The notes under the pieces were generated by a model. It had not been told where the DNA came from and did no database searches. It saw nothing but the letters and a program-made list of their open reading frames with translations. A stretch of DNA of 64,000 bases, taken from the IMG/VR virus record IMGVR_UViG_3300035181_003152. The stretch is one strand, 5' to 3'. Shown here piece after piece: positions 46,291 through 56,306 of this stretch (the stretch's first letter is position 1; each line of letters starts with the position of its first letter). Source of the DNA: an uncultured virus (IMG/VR IMGVR_UViG_3300035181_003152) (lineage: Duplodnaviria; Heunggongvirae; Uroviricota; Caudoviricetes). The position numbers and the translations under genes are program-made.

Positions 46291-47951
46291 CTGACCCCGC
46301 CATCCTCCCTACCATCGGCCAGGTCATCGGCGCGGCCAAGGACAGGCTCATCGCGGTGCGCCCTTCGGCGGCGCCGCACGTGGAGAGCGGCGAGTGGTCG
46401 CTCCCCATCACCGGCCTGCGCGGGCAGTTCGGCCGCGCCGCGCGCCGGCTCGCCGAGGAGGTGCTGGCCTCACGCCTCGGCTCGGCTGCGGGTGACGCCC
46501 TCTCCGAGCTCGCCGCCTCGAACTACGACACGCCGCGCGTCGACGGGGCCACCTTCGCCATCGGCGAGGTGACGCTCACCCGCTCCGTCGTGCACTCCGG
46601 ACCAAGCGGCCTGCTCTCCACCGTCGGCCAGCCGGACGCGACCGACCAAAACAGCTTCATCAATCTCGCGGTCACCATCGGCGCAGCGCTGGCCAACGGC
46701 GTCGGCCACACTCACTCGATCTTCGACGCGACCAGCGGCCTCGGCGCTCACGTCCTCGTCGACACGTCCGCCGATCCGACGCATCTCTACGCCTTCATCG
46801 GCTTCGACACCTTCGTCGCCGCGGCCAACCTGCTCAAGGCCGCACTCAACAACCACTTCGCCAACCGCCGCATCGACACCGGCGCCGCGCTCGGCATCCA
46901 CAAGGACGTCGACACCGTCAACGCCGTCACCGTCGCCGACGTGACGACCACAACGCCTTCGGCCATCTACTCCGCGGCCCCGGCCGCCGAGCGCGCCCGG
47001 GCCAACGCCCTGCTCAACGCCTGCAAGGCGGCTCTCAACGCCCACGTCGCGACGGAGAGCCGCCCGGGCGTCGTTCGCGCCGGCACCCTCTTCGACCTGG
47101 CGGCGGTCCCCACGGCGTCGCCGCCGGTGGCCGCGGCGCAGTACCGCTCGACGCGCGACGTCTACATCCGCGCTGGCGCGCAGCGCACGGATATCCCTCT
47201 CCAAGCCTCGCGCCCCGGCGCCGCGGCCAACCTGCCCGCCTGGGCCACTTCAGCGCCAGCGCTCGCGGTCACCGCGCGCGCCGCGCTCTTCGACAGCGGC
47301 CTCAAGCCCACGGCGATCCGCGCCGCCGGCGGCGGGCCGGGGCAGCCGGATCCCACGCTGGTGGCCGCCGCCGTGGCCTCGTGGACAGGCTCCTACGGGC
47401 CCACACCGAGCGCGCTCACCGCGGGCGCCCTCCGCGCCGCTGGCGCCACCAAAGTCGTGCTCCGCGAGGACACGGCCACCGGGCGCACGTTCGTCCACCC
47501 CATCGACGCCAGCTGGGCGCAGTCGGCGCGCTGGACGGCGAGCATCGAGCAGGCGCTTCGCGGCACCGGCCAAGACGACGAATGGCTGGGCCTCGGCTGC
47601 CGCGAGACCATCGGCGGCATCGTCAACCAGCAGGTGCGCGTGGAGCTCGTGGTCGAGCTGCGCAACGCGGACTACCTCGCCGACACGGAGGCGCTCACCG
47701 CCAAGATCGTCGTCTTGCTCAAGGCCTACTTCGACGAGCGGCCCGACTTCTGGTCGTTCCGGCTCGGCGCCTTACGCGGGCTGGTCTCCGCCGCGGACCG
47801 ACGCCGCGTGCTCGCCTGCTCGCTCGCCGCCGTGCGCGACCCGGCCGGCATCCCGATCCTGGAGCCTCCCGAGCCTGTCGCGGGCGCCGCGCTCACCCAT
47901 TGGTGGCTGGAGCAGGGCGCCGTCATCGTCGATTACATCGCCCCTTCCTGA
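46287..47951 (+). CDS. Baseplate J-like wedge protein (paralog 1) with inserted His-repeat module
   Basis: SAAGDALSELA...PR...TFAIGEVTLTR, VVRAGTLF, ASRPGAAAN. Confidence 0.75.
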   Translation: MTDPAILPTIGQVIGAAKDRLIAVRPSAAPHVESGEWSLPITGLRGQFGRAARRLAEEVLASRLGSAAGDALSELAASNYDTPRVDGATFAIGEVTLTRSVVHSGPSGLLSTVGQPDATDQNSFINLAVTIGAALANGVGHTHSIFDATSGLGAHVLVDTSADPTHLYAFIGFDTFVAAANLLKAALNNHFANRRIDTGAALGIHKDVDTVNAVTVADVTTTTPSAIYSAAPAAERARANALLNACKAALNAHVATESRPGVVRAGTLFDLAAVPTASPPVAAAQYRSTRDVYIRAGAQRTDIPLQASRPGAAANLPAWATSAPALAVTARAALFDSGLKPTAIRAAGGGPGQPDPTLVAAAVASWTGSYGPTPSALTAGALRAAGATKVVLREDTATGRTFVHPIDASWAQSARWTASIEQALRGTGQDDEWLGLGCRETIGGIVNQQVRVELVVELRNADYLADTEALTAKIVVLLKAYFDERPDFWSFRLGALRGLVSAADRRRVLACSLAAVRDPAGIPILEPPEPVAGAALTHWWLEQGAVIVDYIAPS

Positions 47952-47965
47952 GCTGAATACCCACC

Positions 47966-49822
47966 ATGGCCGGCACCTCCTACCTCGTCGACATCGAGCT
48001 TGCCGTGAGCGGCAACCCCGGCGCGGCCATCGGTGGCGCGAAGTCGGACATGGCCTCGCTATCGGACCTCGCCAAGGGCACGCGCAAGGAGCTGAGTCAG
48101 CTCGGCGCGTCGCTCGCGAGCGGCTTCACCGGCGTTGTCGAGGGTGTCGTCGGCAAGCTGGCCACGCTCGGCCAGGTCGGCGCCGCTGGCGCGCTGGCCG
48201 CGGTCGCCTACGGCGTTACCGGGCTCAACAATGACCTCGAGACCACGCGGGTGAGCTTGGGCGCCGTGCTCAACGCCAACGGCGTGACCAACGGTATCGA
48301 GCAGGGGATGGAGCGCGCGTCCGGCTGGATCGTCCAGATGAAGAAGGACGCCAAGGACTTGCCCGGCGAGTTCAAGGATCTGCTTGCGTTCGTGCAGAAC
48401 GCGGCGGCCCCGGCGCTTGGCGCTGGCCTCAGCGTCTCGAAATTCGAGGCGCTTTCCGCGCAGAGCATGGCGGCGTCCAAGGCCCTTATGGTCCCCATGG
48501 ACCAAGGTGCGCGCGAGTACGCGCAGCTTCTCGAAGGCCGAGCGGGCGCACACAACGTCTTCGGCACGCGCCTTGGCATCGGCGCAGAGGGCTTTAACGA
48601 CAAGAGCGCCGAGGACCGCATCAAGATCCTCACCGAAAAGCTGGGCAAGTTCCAGCCGGCGATCGAGGCGTTCGGTCACACGTTCGACGCGGGCAGTTCG
48701 GCGCTCATCGACAACGCGAAGTCGTACCTCACCGAGGCGACGATGCCTCTGTTCGAGCGGACCAAGGGTGTCATCGCGGACGCCAATGCCTGGTTCAAAG
48801 ACAACGAGGGCACCGTCAAGGCATGGACCGCCGACGTCGGCGACTTCCTCGTCGATGCCTTCGACCGCGGCAAGGCCATCATCTTCGAGTACGGCCCGCC
48901 CTTGCTCAGGTTCGTGCGCACAGCCAAGGACGAGTTCCTGTCCATCTGGAAGGAAGCCGGCCCGCTCGTCGCTGGCATCGGGGAAAGCGTCAAGGGCTTC
49001 CTCAATGACCCTGGGGCGATGAACAAGCTGGAGACGTTCGCGAAGCTCTACTTGGCCGTGAAGGCCGGTAGCGCTATCGGAGGCGGCTCCGGCGTCGGCG
49101 GGGTGGCCGGCGGAGCTCTCCAGTTCGGCGCGGCGGGCTACGCAGCAGGCGCGGCGACCGGCGTTGACGGCATGGGCGCTGTAGGCGCGGGCGCTGCCTC
49201 TGGTGCGTCGATCGGCGGCTCGCTCGGCGGTGCCACAGGCGCCGCGTTCGGCGCAGCCACGGGCGCCGCCGCCGGCAGCATGCTCTCGCTCGGCGAGGCC
49301 ATCACCGGGCTTGTCCAGGCCGACCGCGAATACAACCAGACGCTCCTCGAGCACAACCGCCAGGCGCAAGACGCCTACGGACGCATCGATACCAATTCCA
49401 AGGGCTTCGCCGACGCCGTCGCCGAGGCGAGCAAGAACGTCAACTGGCTCTCTTCGATGTTCGAGAGCGCGGCTGACTCGATGCAGGTGGCGGCGGCCAA
49501 GCTCAACGCGAAGCTCGACCAGGCCATCCTGGACGACACGCGCCGCAAGGGCTTCGGCAAAATCGACGCGACGCTTGCCGAAGCCGAGCGCGTGAACCAG
49601 GCCAAGAAGGCCGAGTTTGCCGCAGCCGCAGACGCCGCGGCCGCCAAGAAAAAGAAGACGGTCGAGGGTAAGGGCGGCATGACGATCAACAAGGTGGAGA
49701 TCACGGTCTCCAGTAACCAGAGCCCCGAGCAGGTCGCCCGGATGACGTTCGCCGAGCTCTCCCACCTTCGCCGCTTCCGCACGTCCTCGCCGCGCACGCT
49801 CAACTTCTCCGCGGGGCGCTGA
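47966..49822 (+). CDS. Tail tape measure protein
   Basis: 618 aa, Ala/Gly-rich helical; AKDLPGEFKDL; position. Confidence 0.8.
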   Translation: MAGTSYLVDIELAVSGNPGAAIGGAKSDMASLSDLAKGTRKELSQLGASLASGFTGVVEGVVGKLATLGQVGAAGALAAVAYGVTGLNNDLETTRVSLGAVLNANGVTNGIEQGMERASGWIVQMKKDAKDLPGEFKDLLAFVQNAAAPALGAGLSVSKFEALSAQSMAASKALMVPMDQGAREYAQLLEGRAGAHNVFGTRLGIGAEGFNDKSAEDRIKILTEKLGKFQPAIEAFGHTFDAGSSALIDNAKSYLTEATMPLFERTKGVIADANAWFKDNEGTVKAWTADVGDFLVDAFDRGKAIIFEYGPPLLRFVRTAKDEFLSIWKEAGPLVAGIGESVKGFLNDPGAMNKLETFAKLYLAVKAGSAIGGGSGVGGVAGGALQFGAAGYAAGAATGVDGMGAVGAGAASGASIGGSLGGATGAAFGAATGAAAGSMLSLGEAITGLVQADREYNQTLLEHNRQAQDAYGRIDTNSKGFADAVAEASKNVNWLSSMFESAADSMQVAAAKLNAKLDQAILDDTRRKGFGKIDATLAEAERVNQAKKAEFAAAADAAAAKKKKTVEGKGGMTINKVEITVSSNQSPEQVARMTFAELSHLRRFRTSSPRTLNFSAGR

Positions 49823-49825
49823 GCC

Positions 49826-50857
49826 ATGGCCTCCGGAGAGGGCAAAGCGTGGAAATTCGCACAGGTCGGCGGCGACCAAGACACCTTTACGCTCTCGGGC
49901 TGGTCCGCGCCGTTTGGCCGTGCGCGCCAAGGCGCCGTCGTCAAGACGACGCTCAAGGTGCGCACCGAGCGCGTCTACTACCCAGGTAGCAACAGCCCCA
50001 CGCGCCACGTCTTCGGTTCGAAAGAGGACGACTGGGAGCTCAAGGGCCGCTGGCGTGACCGCGCCCTCGGCAAGGGCGGCGCGCAAGCCAAGGCCCGGGC
50101 GGCAAAGCTCTTCGTCGGCGCGTTCCAGCCCGTTCAGATCTCGTGGGGCGACATCCTCGTCTACACCGGCTTCATTGCCGAGCTTGAGCTTGGCAACGAG
50201 AGCGAGAGCGAGATCGAGTGGACGTTCCGCATCGAGATCGACAGCGACGACACCACCACCAGCTCAACAACGATTCACGGCCCCAGCGTGGGCGACTTTT
50301 CGGGCGCGCTCGGCGACGCACTCAACGAGCTCTCCGGCGCCATCGCTCTCCCGAAGCTCCCCGGCTCGCTCGGCGACGTCATGGACTCGGCGGTGGACGC
50401 CTTTCGCAGCGCCACCGGCTCGGTCCGGAGCGCGATCGACCAGGTCGCCAGCTTCAAGGACGCGACGTTCGCGCAGATCAACCGCGCGGTGTCCGGCGTG
50501 AGCGAGCTGCGCGGCGCGGGCATCGAGCTTCGCGAGGCCTTCCTATCGATTCCCTCGGACGCTCACGGCGTCGGTCAGCGCGCGAGCGACATCGTCAAGC
50601 TCCAGGCCGCGCAGACCTCCGTGGAGGACCAGATCCGCGCGTCGCTCTCCGTCGGCGCCCAGATCGAGCGCGGTGCTGAGCTGGCGAGGATCGGACGCAT
50701 CAAGGCCACCTTCGTCGCTGGCGACGGCGACACCTGGGAGGCTGTGAGCTCGCGCGTCTACGGCTCGCCAGACCGCGCGGGCGATCTCCGCGAGGCCAAC
50801 AACGTGTCCCCTGGGCAGAACCCGGTGCCCGGCACCATGTACTTGATTCCGCGCTGA
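49826..50857 (+). CDS. Tail tube initiator with C-terminal LysM (P2 gpU/gpX-like)
   Basis: C-terminal GDTWEAVSSRVYGSP.....LREAN...PGT...IP. Confidence 0.8.
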   Translation: MASGEGKAWKFAQVGGDQDTFTLSGWSAPFGRARQGAVVKTTLKVRTERVYYPGSNSPTRHVFGSKEDDWELKGRWRDRALGKGGAQAKARAAKLFVGAFQPVQISWGDILVYTGFIAELELGNESESEIEWTFRIEIDSDDTTTSSTTIHGPSVGDFSGALGDALNELSGAIALPKLPGSLGDVMDSAVDAFRSATGSVRSAIDQVASFKDATFAQINRAVSGVSELRGAGIELREAFLSIPSDAHGVGQRASDIVKLQAAQTSVEDQIRASLSVGAQIERGAELARIGRIKATFVAGDGDTWEAVSSRVYGSPDRAGDLREANNVSPGQNPVPGTMYLIPR

Positions 50858-50859
50858 CC

Positions 50860-52203
50860 ATGGGACGCCTCTACCGACCTCGCGCGCTTCTGCGGCTCGC
50901 CGTGGCGGTCCCCGGCCAGACGGAGCCCATCGCCTTCGAGGTGCCTGTTGTTCGCGCCAGGCACGTCAAGAACGACCACAACCACGCAGACACGCTCGAC
51001 GTCACCCTCGACTGGGCGGACACCGGCGTGGACCCGCGATGGATTGCCAGCGCGATTGGCGAGTACCACCTTGGCGTCGCCAACGACGCAGGCGCCTGGG
51101 AGCCCACCAAGGACAACCGACGCTTTATTGGCCGGCTCGTCGAGGTGAGCCGCATCGGCGAGGGGGACTCCCTCCACGTCGAGATGACGTTCCACGACTA
51201 CACGAGCTTTTTCCTGCTCGCCAAGCCGGTCTCCACCGACGCCATCCCCAGCTACTCCGACACGCTCGACCAGGCATGGTCGCGCCTCTGTGGCACCGTC
51301 CCCGGCGCGCTGGAGCTCGACGAGCTCGAGCTGCGCGGCCTCGAGGAGACGCCGGTTATCGGCACCGCAGTAGCCGAACGATTCCGGAAGCGCGGGCACC
51401 TCGCGGTCAAGCCGGGGTTGGACGCGTGGGCAGTCTGGCAACAGGCCGTCGGGATGATGGGCCTCATCTCGTTCTTCGAGGCCGACACCTGCATCGTCAC
51501 CACGGCGCGCGACCTCTACACGTCGCTCAACCCGCCGCAGATCGTCTACGGTCGCAACCTCTTCAGCTTCTCCGAGCATCGCAACAACGACCGCGTCGCC
51601 AAGGGCGTGATCGTCACCAGTTTTGACGCGGTGAGCGGGACGGCGATCGAGGCGGCGTTCAACCCGCACGCGGGCAACGTCAAGAAGCTCGGCGCCAAGG
51701 GCAAGAAGAGCAAAAAGCCCAAGTTCCTCGACGTCTCGAAGGAATACGACGTGTTCCCCTACCCGGGGATCACGGACCAGACGACGCTGAAAGCGCTCGC
51801 CGAACGCATCTATGTCGAGCGCATCCGCCAGGAGCTGGAGGGCGCGGCGACCACCAAAGATTTCGACGTCGAGACCGCCAGCGGCGTCGACTTCGACCTC
51901 CTGTCGCTCGGTTCCGGCGACGCGGTCGAGATACGCTTCCTCGGCGACGAGGACGCGGCCTTCGTCAAGAAGTTCGACACGCAGCAGCAGCGCTCGTCGT
52001 ACCTCCAGCGCATCGGCTACTCGCCTTCCGTGGCTGACATCATTGCCGCGAACGTCGACAAGATTTCCAGCCGGTCGAACCTCTTCCACGTGAAGAGCGT
52101 GACGACCAACCTGGAGACGACCGGCGACGGCGGGGGCTCGTTCTCCGTCGAGCTCTCCTACTGCAACAAGATCGACGTCGGCGGGGGCACGCAGGAACCA
52201 TGA
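50860..52203 (+). CDS. Baseplate hub (P2 gpD/Mu gp44-like)
   Basis: Position; ADTLDVTL, IVYGRNL, FHVKSV. Confidence 0.75.
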   Translation: MGRLYRPRALLRLAVAVPGQTEPIAFEVPVVRARHVKNDHNHADTLDVTLDWADTGVDPRWIASAIGEYHLGVANDAGAWEPTKDNRRFIGRLVEVSRIGEGDSLHVEMTFHDYTSFFLLAKPVSTDAIPSYSDTLDQAWSRLCGTVPGALELDELELRGLEETPVIGTAVAERFRKRGHLAVKPGLDAWAVWQQAVGMMGLISFFEADTCIVTTARDLYTSLNPPQIVYGRNLFSFSEHRNNDRVAKGVIVTSFDAVSGTAIEAAFNPHAGNVKKLGAKGKKSKKPKFLDVSKEYDVFPYPGITDQTTLKALAERIYVERIRQELEGAATTKDFDVETASGVDFDLLSLGSGDAVEIRFLGDEDAAFVKKFDTQQQRSSYLQRIGYSPSVADIIAANVDKISSRSNLFHVKSVTTNLETTGDGGGSFSVELSYCNKIDVGGGTQEP

Positions 52204-53039
52204 CGCGACCGCTCACCAACGACGACGAGATCCTCGACGCGCCGCCCGGCGACGCGCCGCCCTCGGACATGCAGGAGGGCACCGTCGGCCACGAGGGCTC
52301 CAAGGAGATCTGCACGCTCGGCACATCCGCCGAAGCCGGCGACGGCATGACCTTCGTCCGCGTCACGCTCAGGCTCGGACACCCCGCCCTCGCGCCGAAG
52401 TCGTCCGACGGGCTCTTCAACGGCCACAAGGTCGAAGCGCGCGTGATGGGCCCCGGCTGGCGCGTCCCGAAGCGCGGCGCGCGCGTGCTCGTGTGCTTCC
52501 CCGGCGGCGACTTCGAGACGCCCGGCAACGGTGTCATCCTCGGCGAGATCGGCAGCACGCCGAATACCCGCTTTGGTCGCAAAAAGACGGTGCTCGACTT
52601 CGGCAGCGACGACGTGGTCATCACCGCCAAGTCGCTCGCCCTCGTCGTCGAAGCGCAGGAGGACGGCGCCGCGAAGTCGAGCCGCTATTCGCTCTCCCTC
52701 GACCCGCGCGGCGGCCTGCAGGCCGTGGCCGACGGCTCAGGGCTGTTCATCAAAGACGGCCAGGTGGCTTTGAAAGCCGTGGACGCCGATGGCAACCTGA
52801 TGACCAGCGCGGTCCTCGACCAGGACGAGCTCGGTCTCTTCGAGGGCTCGACGCTCAACCAAAGCACCTTCTCGATGTCGGGCGGCGACATCACGATGAT
52901 TGGCCAGTTCATGAACATCGTGCCGAAGACGACGCTGATGATCGGCCAGTCGGCGAGCCCGGCCACGCCGATGCTCGTCGGCCCCACCGGCGTGGCTGGG
53001 ATCCCCTCGCTCTTCATCTTCGCCGCGGTGAATCCTTGA
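52200..53039 (+). CDS. Baseplate spike (gpV/Mu gp45-like)
   Basis: WRVPKRGARVLVCFPGGD OB-fold motif followed by beta repeats. Confidence 0.75.
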   Translation: MTRPLTNDDEILDAPPGDAPPSDMQEGTVGHEGSKEICTLGTSAEAGDGMTFVRVTLRLGHPALAPKSSDGLFNGHKVEARVMGPGWRVPKRGARVLVCFPGGDFETPGNGVILGEIGSTPNTRFGRKKTVLDFGSDDVVITAKSLALVVEAQEDGAAKSSRYSLSLDPRGGLQAVADGSGLFIKDGQVALKAVDADGNLMTSAVLDQDELGLFEGSTLNQSTFSMSGGDITMIGQFMNIVPKTTLMIGQSASPATPMLVGPTGVAGIPSLFIFAAVNP

Positions 53040-53434
53040 GCACGCCGGGCATGGTCGCCGGGACGGTGGCAGTCGCCGACGACGGCACGGTCACCGGCTC
53101 GGACTACGCGCTCGCGCTCTACACCGCCGACGCGGCCACGCTCAGCGTCCCCGCGCCCCCCACGCTCGGCCAGACGACGCCGCCGTACTGCCCGGAGATC
53201 CCGGCGACAGCCAACGACATCAAGGTCTACGCGGCCGCGCTCATCACGATGCAGAAAGAGGCGGCTCGGCGCGCGACGGCCTACGCCACGGCGACGGTGG
53301 CCTATTTCCACGCCAACGCCTTCGCGCTGGTCGCAGCGGGCCACCCTGGCGCCGGCGACGGACTCCAGACGTCGCAGGCCGCGGGCACAGCGACGACGGC
53401 ACCATCGGCCGACAAGTACATCCCGATCGTCTGA
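53036..53434 (+). CDS. Hypothetical baseplate-region protein
   Basis: TTGA-coupled. Confidence 0.6.
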   Translation: MSTPGMVAGTVAVADDGTVTGSDYALALYTADAATLSVPAPPTLGQTTPPYCPEIPATANDIKVYAAALITMQKEAARRATAYATATVAYFHANAFALVAAGHPGAGDGLQTSQAAGTATTAPSADKYIPIV

Positions 53435-53443
53435 GGAGGCCAC

Positions 53444-53635
53444 ATGGGACGATTCTGGGACAGTGTTCCTCAAGCCATCGCCGGCGGCACGAAATGCAAC
53501 TTCCAACTGCCCGCCCTGCCCAGCTTCCCGCTGCCGGGGCTGCCGCAGCTCAAGCTACCGAAGTTCCCGCCCAAGCTCCCCGGCATCCCGCTGTGGTGCC
53601 CGTTCGACGAAGAGTCTGAGGAGCCGCTGGAATGA
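53444..53635 (+). CDS. Small Pro-rich protein
   Basis: GAGGAGG RBS; coupled to the next gene. Confidence 0.6.
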   Translation: MGRFWDSVPQAIAGGTKCNFQLPALPSFPLPGLPQLKLPKFPPKLPGIPLWCPFDEESEEPLE

Positions 53636-54360
53636 CCATCGCCCTCCTCAGCCTCGCCGTCCGCCACGAGCGGCGCCTCCGCGTTGGCTTCTCGCAGGCG
53701 CTGGCTAACGGCGCCTTCTCGGCCGCGCTCTACTCGGTCACCTGCGCCGATGGCACCGCCTCCAGCCCGGTCGTCACCAAGGCGCTCGTCGTCGCCAACA
53801 GTCCCGACTTCGTCGAGCTGCAGCTGGGCGACGATCTCGCCCAAGGCGCGCTCTACCGCGTCTCCGCCGTCGGCGTGCCCGGCGTCGACGCCACCATTAC
53901 CCCCTCGCCGTCCTTCGCCGAGGTGCGCCTCGGCAGAGAAACCCGGTCTGCCCAGCTCGGCGCGCGCGGCGCCCCGTCGCTGCTCGAGGAGCAACTCTAT
54001 GGGCGCGATGCCCGCTGGAGCGGCACCGACTTCGCCGAGGCGCCGTCGGGCGACCTCGACAGTGTCTCGGGCATCGAGTGCGTGGAGCTCGACCTCACCG
54101 CGCGGCTCACTGAGAGCGGGCTCCCGTGGGACACGTCCTGGGGGCTCAGCGCCTACAGCTACGTCGACGGCGCGCTGGGCTCGCTGCCGCAGCTTCGCGG
54201 CAAAGCGGTCTCCCAGCTCCGCCAGGATGACCGCGTGGCGAGCGCCGAGGTGGTCATCAACATCGACGATCCCGAGGCTCCGACCATTACCGCCCAGCCT
54301 GTGCTCGTCGGCGCTGGGCTCTTCGGCGACGGCTTGCTCTCCCTCTCCACCCCCCTATGA
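53632..54360 (+). CDS. gp25/gpW-like sheath initiator with N-terminal Ig-like extension
   Basis: GDLDSVSG...LPWDTSWG...LRQDDRVASAEV. Confidence 0.7.
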   Translation: MTIALLSLAVRHERRLRVGFSQALANGAFSAALYSVTCADGTASSPVVTKALVVANSPDFVELQLGDDLAQGALYRVSAVGVPGVDATITPSPSFAEVRLGRETRSAQLGARGAPSLLEEQLYGRDARWSGTDFAEAPSGDLDSVSGIECVELDLTARLTESGLPWDTSWGLSAYSYVDGALGSLPQLRGKAVSQLRQDDRVASAEVVINIDDPEAPTITAQPVLVGAGLFGDGLLSLSTPL

Positions 54361-55493
54361 GCGCCACCACCGCAGTTCCCGGCGTCTCTGGCTTCCTCCA
54401 GGCCTATGCCGACGCCATCCGCGGCGAGCGCGGCCAACGCCACAACGTGCGTCGCGGCTCCACCCTCGACCTCGTGGGCGGCTCCGGCGCGATGGCGTGG
54501 GCGCGGCTCAGCGCACGCGACCGCGACCTCTTCAGGGCAAATCTGACCGACGGCGCGCAGGGCGCGGACCTCGACCGCCAGGTGCTGCGGCGCTACGGCG
54601 TCGCCAGGATCCGCGACAGCTTCGGTGCCGGCATGGCAGTCTTCGAGCGGCCCACGACGCTCGCCGGCGCGGACACCCTCGACGCGGGCACCAGGATCCG
54701 CGTCATCGGCCCGGGGATCTCCGAGGTCTACCGCATTGCCACCACCACCGTCGTGGGCCCGCTCGATACCACGATCTCGGTGCCCATCGAAGCTACGCGC
54801 CCCGGACCGGGCGTCGCGCTCTCGGTCGCTGGCGCTGCCATCGCCATCGACGACAGCGTCTTCGACGCGTCGCTGGCCGTCGTCTCCCTCACCTGCGCCG
54901 ATGGCACGCTCGAGGAGTCACCGGCGGCCTACGTCGCGCGAGCTCGCGCCGTGAAGAAGAGCAGCCGCATCGGCTACCGCGCGGCGGTCATCAAGGCCTG
55001 CAAAGCGGCCGGCGCGGCCGTCGTCGTCGTTCTCGCACCGGATGCCTACGGCCCCGAGCTCGACCAGGCGCTCATCAACGTCTACGTGGCTGATGCTGGG
55101 TATTCCACGTCCACCGCACTTGTCGACGCCTGCTACGTCGCGCTCGAGGCGGTGCGCGTCGCCGGCTGCGATCTCCAAGTCCTCGGCATGACCATGGTCC
55201 CGGTGGCGCTTGCCGTAGAAGTCCAGCTCTGGGCGGACCCGTCGAAGTTCGACCAGATCGGTCTCAAACGCGACATCATCGACGCCCTCGTGGGTGCCTT
55301 CGAGGCGCGCGCCGACTTCTGGCTCTTCTCGACGGACAGCCTCGCTGGCGACGTCTACCGCGCCACCGGCCAGTCCGCGCAGCTCGCAACCCTCTCGGCC
55401 ACGCCCCCCGCGCCGGCGGCGACGTTCCCGGCGGTCCTGCCGCGGTACACGCTCGCCAGCTCGGCCATCACCCTCTCGCTCGTTGGACCCTGA
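54357..55493 (+). CDS. Baseplate J-like wedge protein (paralog 2)
   Basis: AQGADLDR..YGVAR, LDAGTRI, EATRPG, GTLEES..YVAR, RVAG. Confidence 0.85.
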   Translation: MSATTAVPGVSGFLQAYADAIRGERGQRHNVRRGSTLDLVGGSGAMAWARLSARDRDLFRANLTDGAQGADLDRQVLRRYGVARIRDSFGAGMAVFERPTTLAGADTLDAGTRIRVIGPGISEVYRIATTTVVGPLDTTISVPIEATRPGPGVALSVAGAAIAIDDSVFDASLAVVSLTCADGTLEESPAAYVARARAVKKSSRIGYRAAVIKACKAAGAAVVVVLAPDAYGPELDQALINVYVADAGYSTSTALVDACYVALEAVRVAGCDLQVLGMTMVPVALAVEVQLWADPSKFDQIGLKRDIIDALVGAFEARADFWLFSTDSLAGDVYRATGQSAQLATLSATPPAPAATFPAVLPRYTLASSAITLSLVGP

Positions 55494-55496
55494 GCC

Positions 55497-56294
55497 GTGC
55501 CCATCTACCCCTCGAGCTTCCTGCCGAGCGGCGGCCAGACGCCGGTCACCAGCGCGGCCGACGTCCTCGCCGAGTACCCCCTCCGCGTCCAGCAGGAGCC
55601 CATCGCGCCGGTGCGTGACGCCGTCGTCGAGCTCCAGACAGAGGCGCTGCTGGCGTACCAAGACGCCGCCAGCTACGCGGCCGCGCAGAGCGACCCGACG
55701 CGCGCCACGGGCGTCTACCTCGAGGAGTTCACCAACGAGGTGAGCATCTTCCGACAGGACAGCGAGGAGGACGAGGCGCTGCGCACACGGCTCTTCTCGC
55801 CGCCGTCCGTCGTCACGCCGCAAGCCATCAAGGCCGCCGTCGACGCGCTGCTCGCGCCGGTGACCGACAAGCAGTCGGTGCTGTGGGAGAGCGTCGCGGA
55901 TCGGTGGTTCGTGAGCGGTACCGCAGACTGGCACTCGTTCGTGGCCGACGGCATCGCCGATATGCGGCCGGACTACCCCGATCGGCGCTACGACCTGCGC
56001 AGCAACAGCGCACCGGGCGGGCCGGCGGCCTTCAACGAGTCCAACGGGCGCATGTTCGTCCTCCGGCTGCCGGAGATCGAGGCGGCCGACGGCGAAGGCG
56101 CCTTCCCTCGAAGGCCGCTCGACCTGCATGACACTGACCGCTTTTACGTGAACGACGGTAGCGGCGACTGGCACGGATTCGCCTTCTCTGGTGGCCAGTC
56201 GGCTCACGCCATCTACGGCGCGATCGTCAACACGGTGGAGAGCATCCGCGGGCACGGCGTCCGCTGGCTGGCCTTCGTCGACCCCAAGCTCTGA
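55497..56294 (+). CDS. Baseplate wedge protein (gpI/gp7-like)
   Basis: ATGVYLEE....IFRQDSEEDEALRTRL. Confidence 0.7.
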   Translation: MPIYPSSFLPSGGQTPVTSAADVLAEYPLRVQQEPIAPVRDAVVELQTEALLAYQDAASYAAAQSDPTRATGVYLEEFTNEVSIFRQDSEEDEALRTRLFSPPSVVTPQAIKAAVDALLAPVTDKQSVLWESVADRWFVSGTADWHSFVADGIADMRPDYPDRRYDLRSNSAPGGPAAFNESNGRMFVLRLPEIEAADGEGAFPRRPLDLHDTDRFYVNDGSGDWHGFAFSGGQSAHAIYGAIVNTVESIRGHGVRWLAFVDPKL

Positions 56295-56306
56295 GAGGTA
56301 TTCCCC

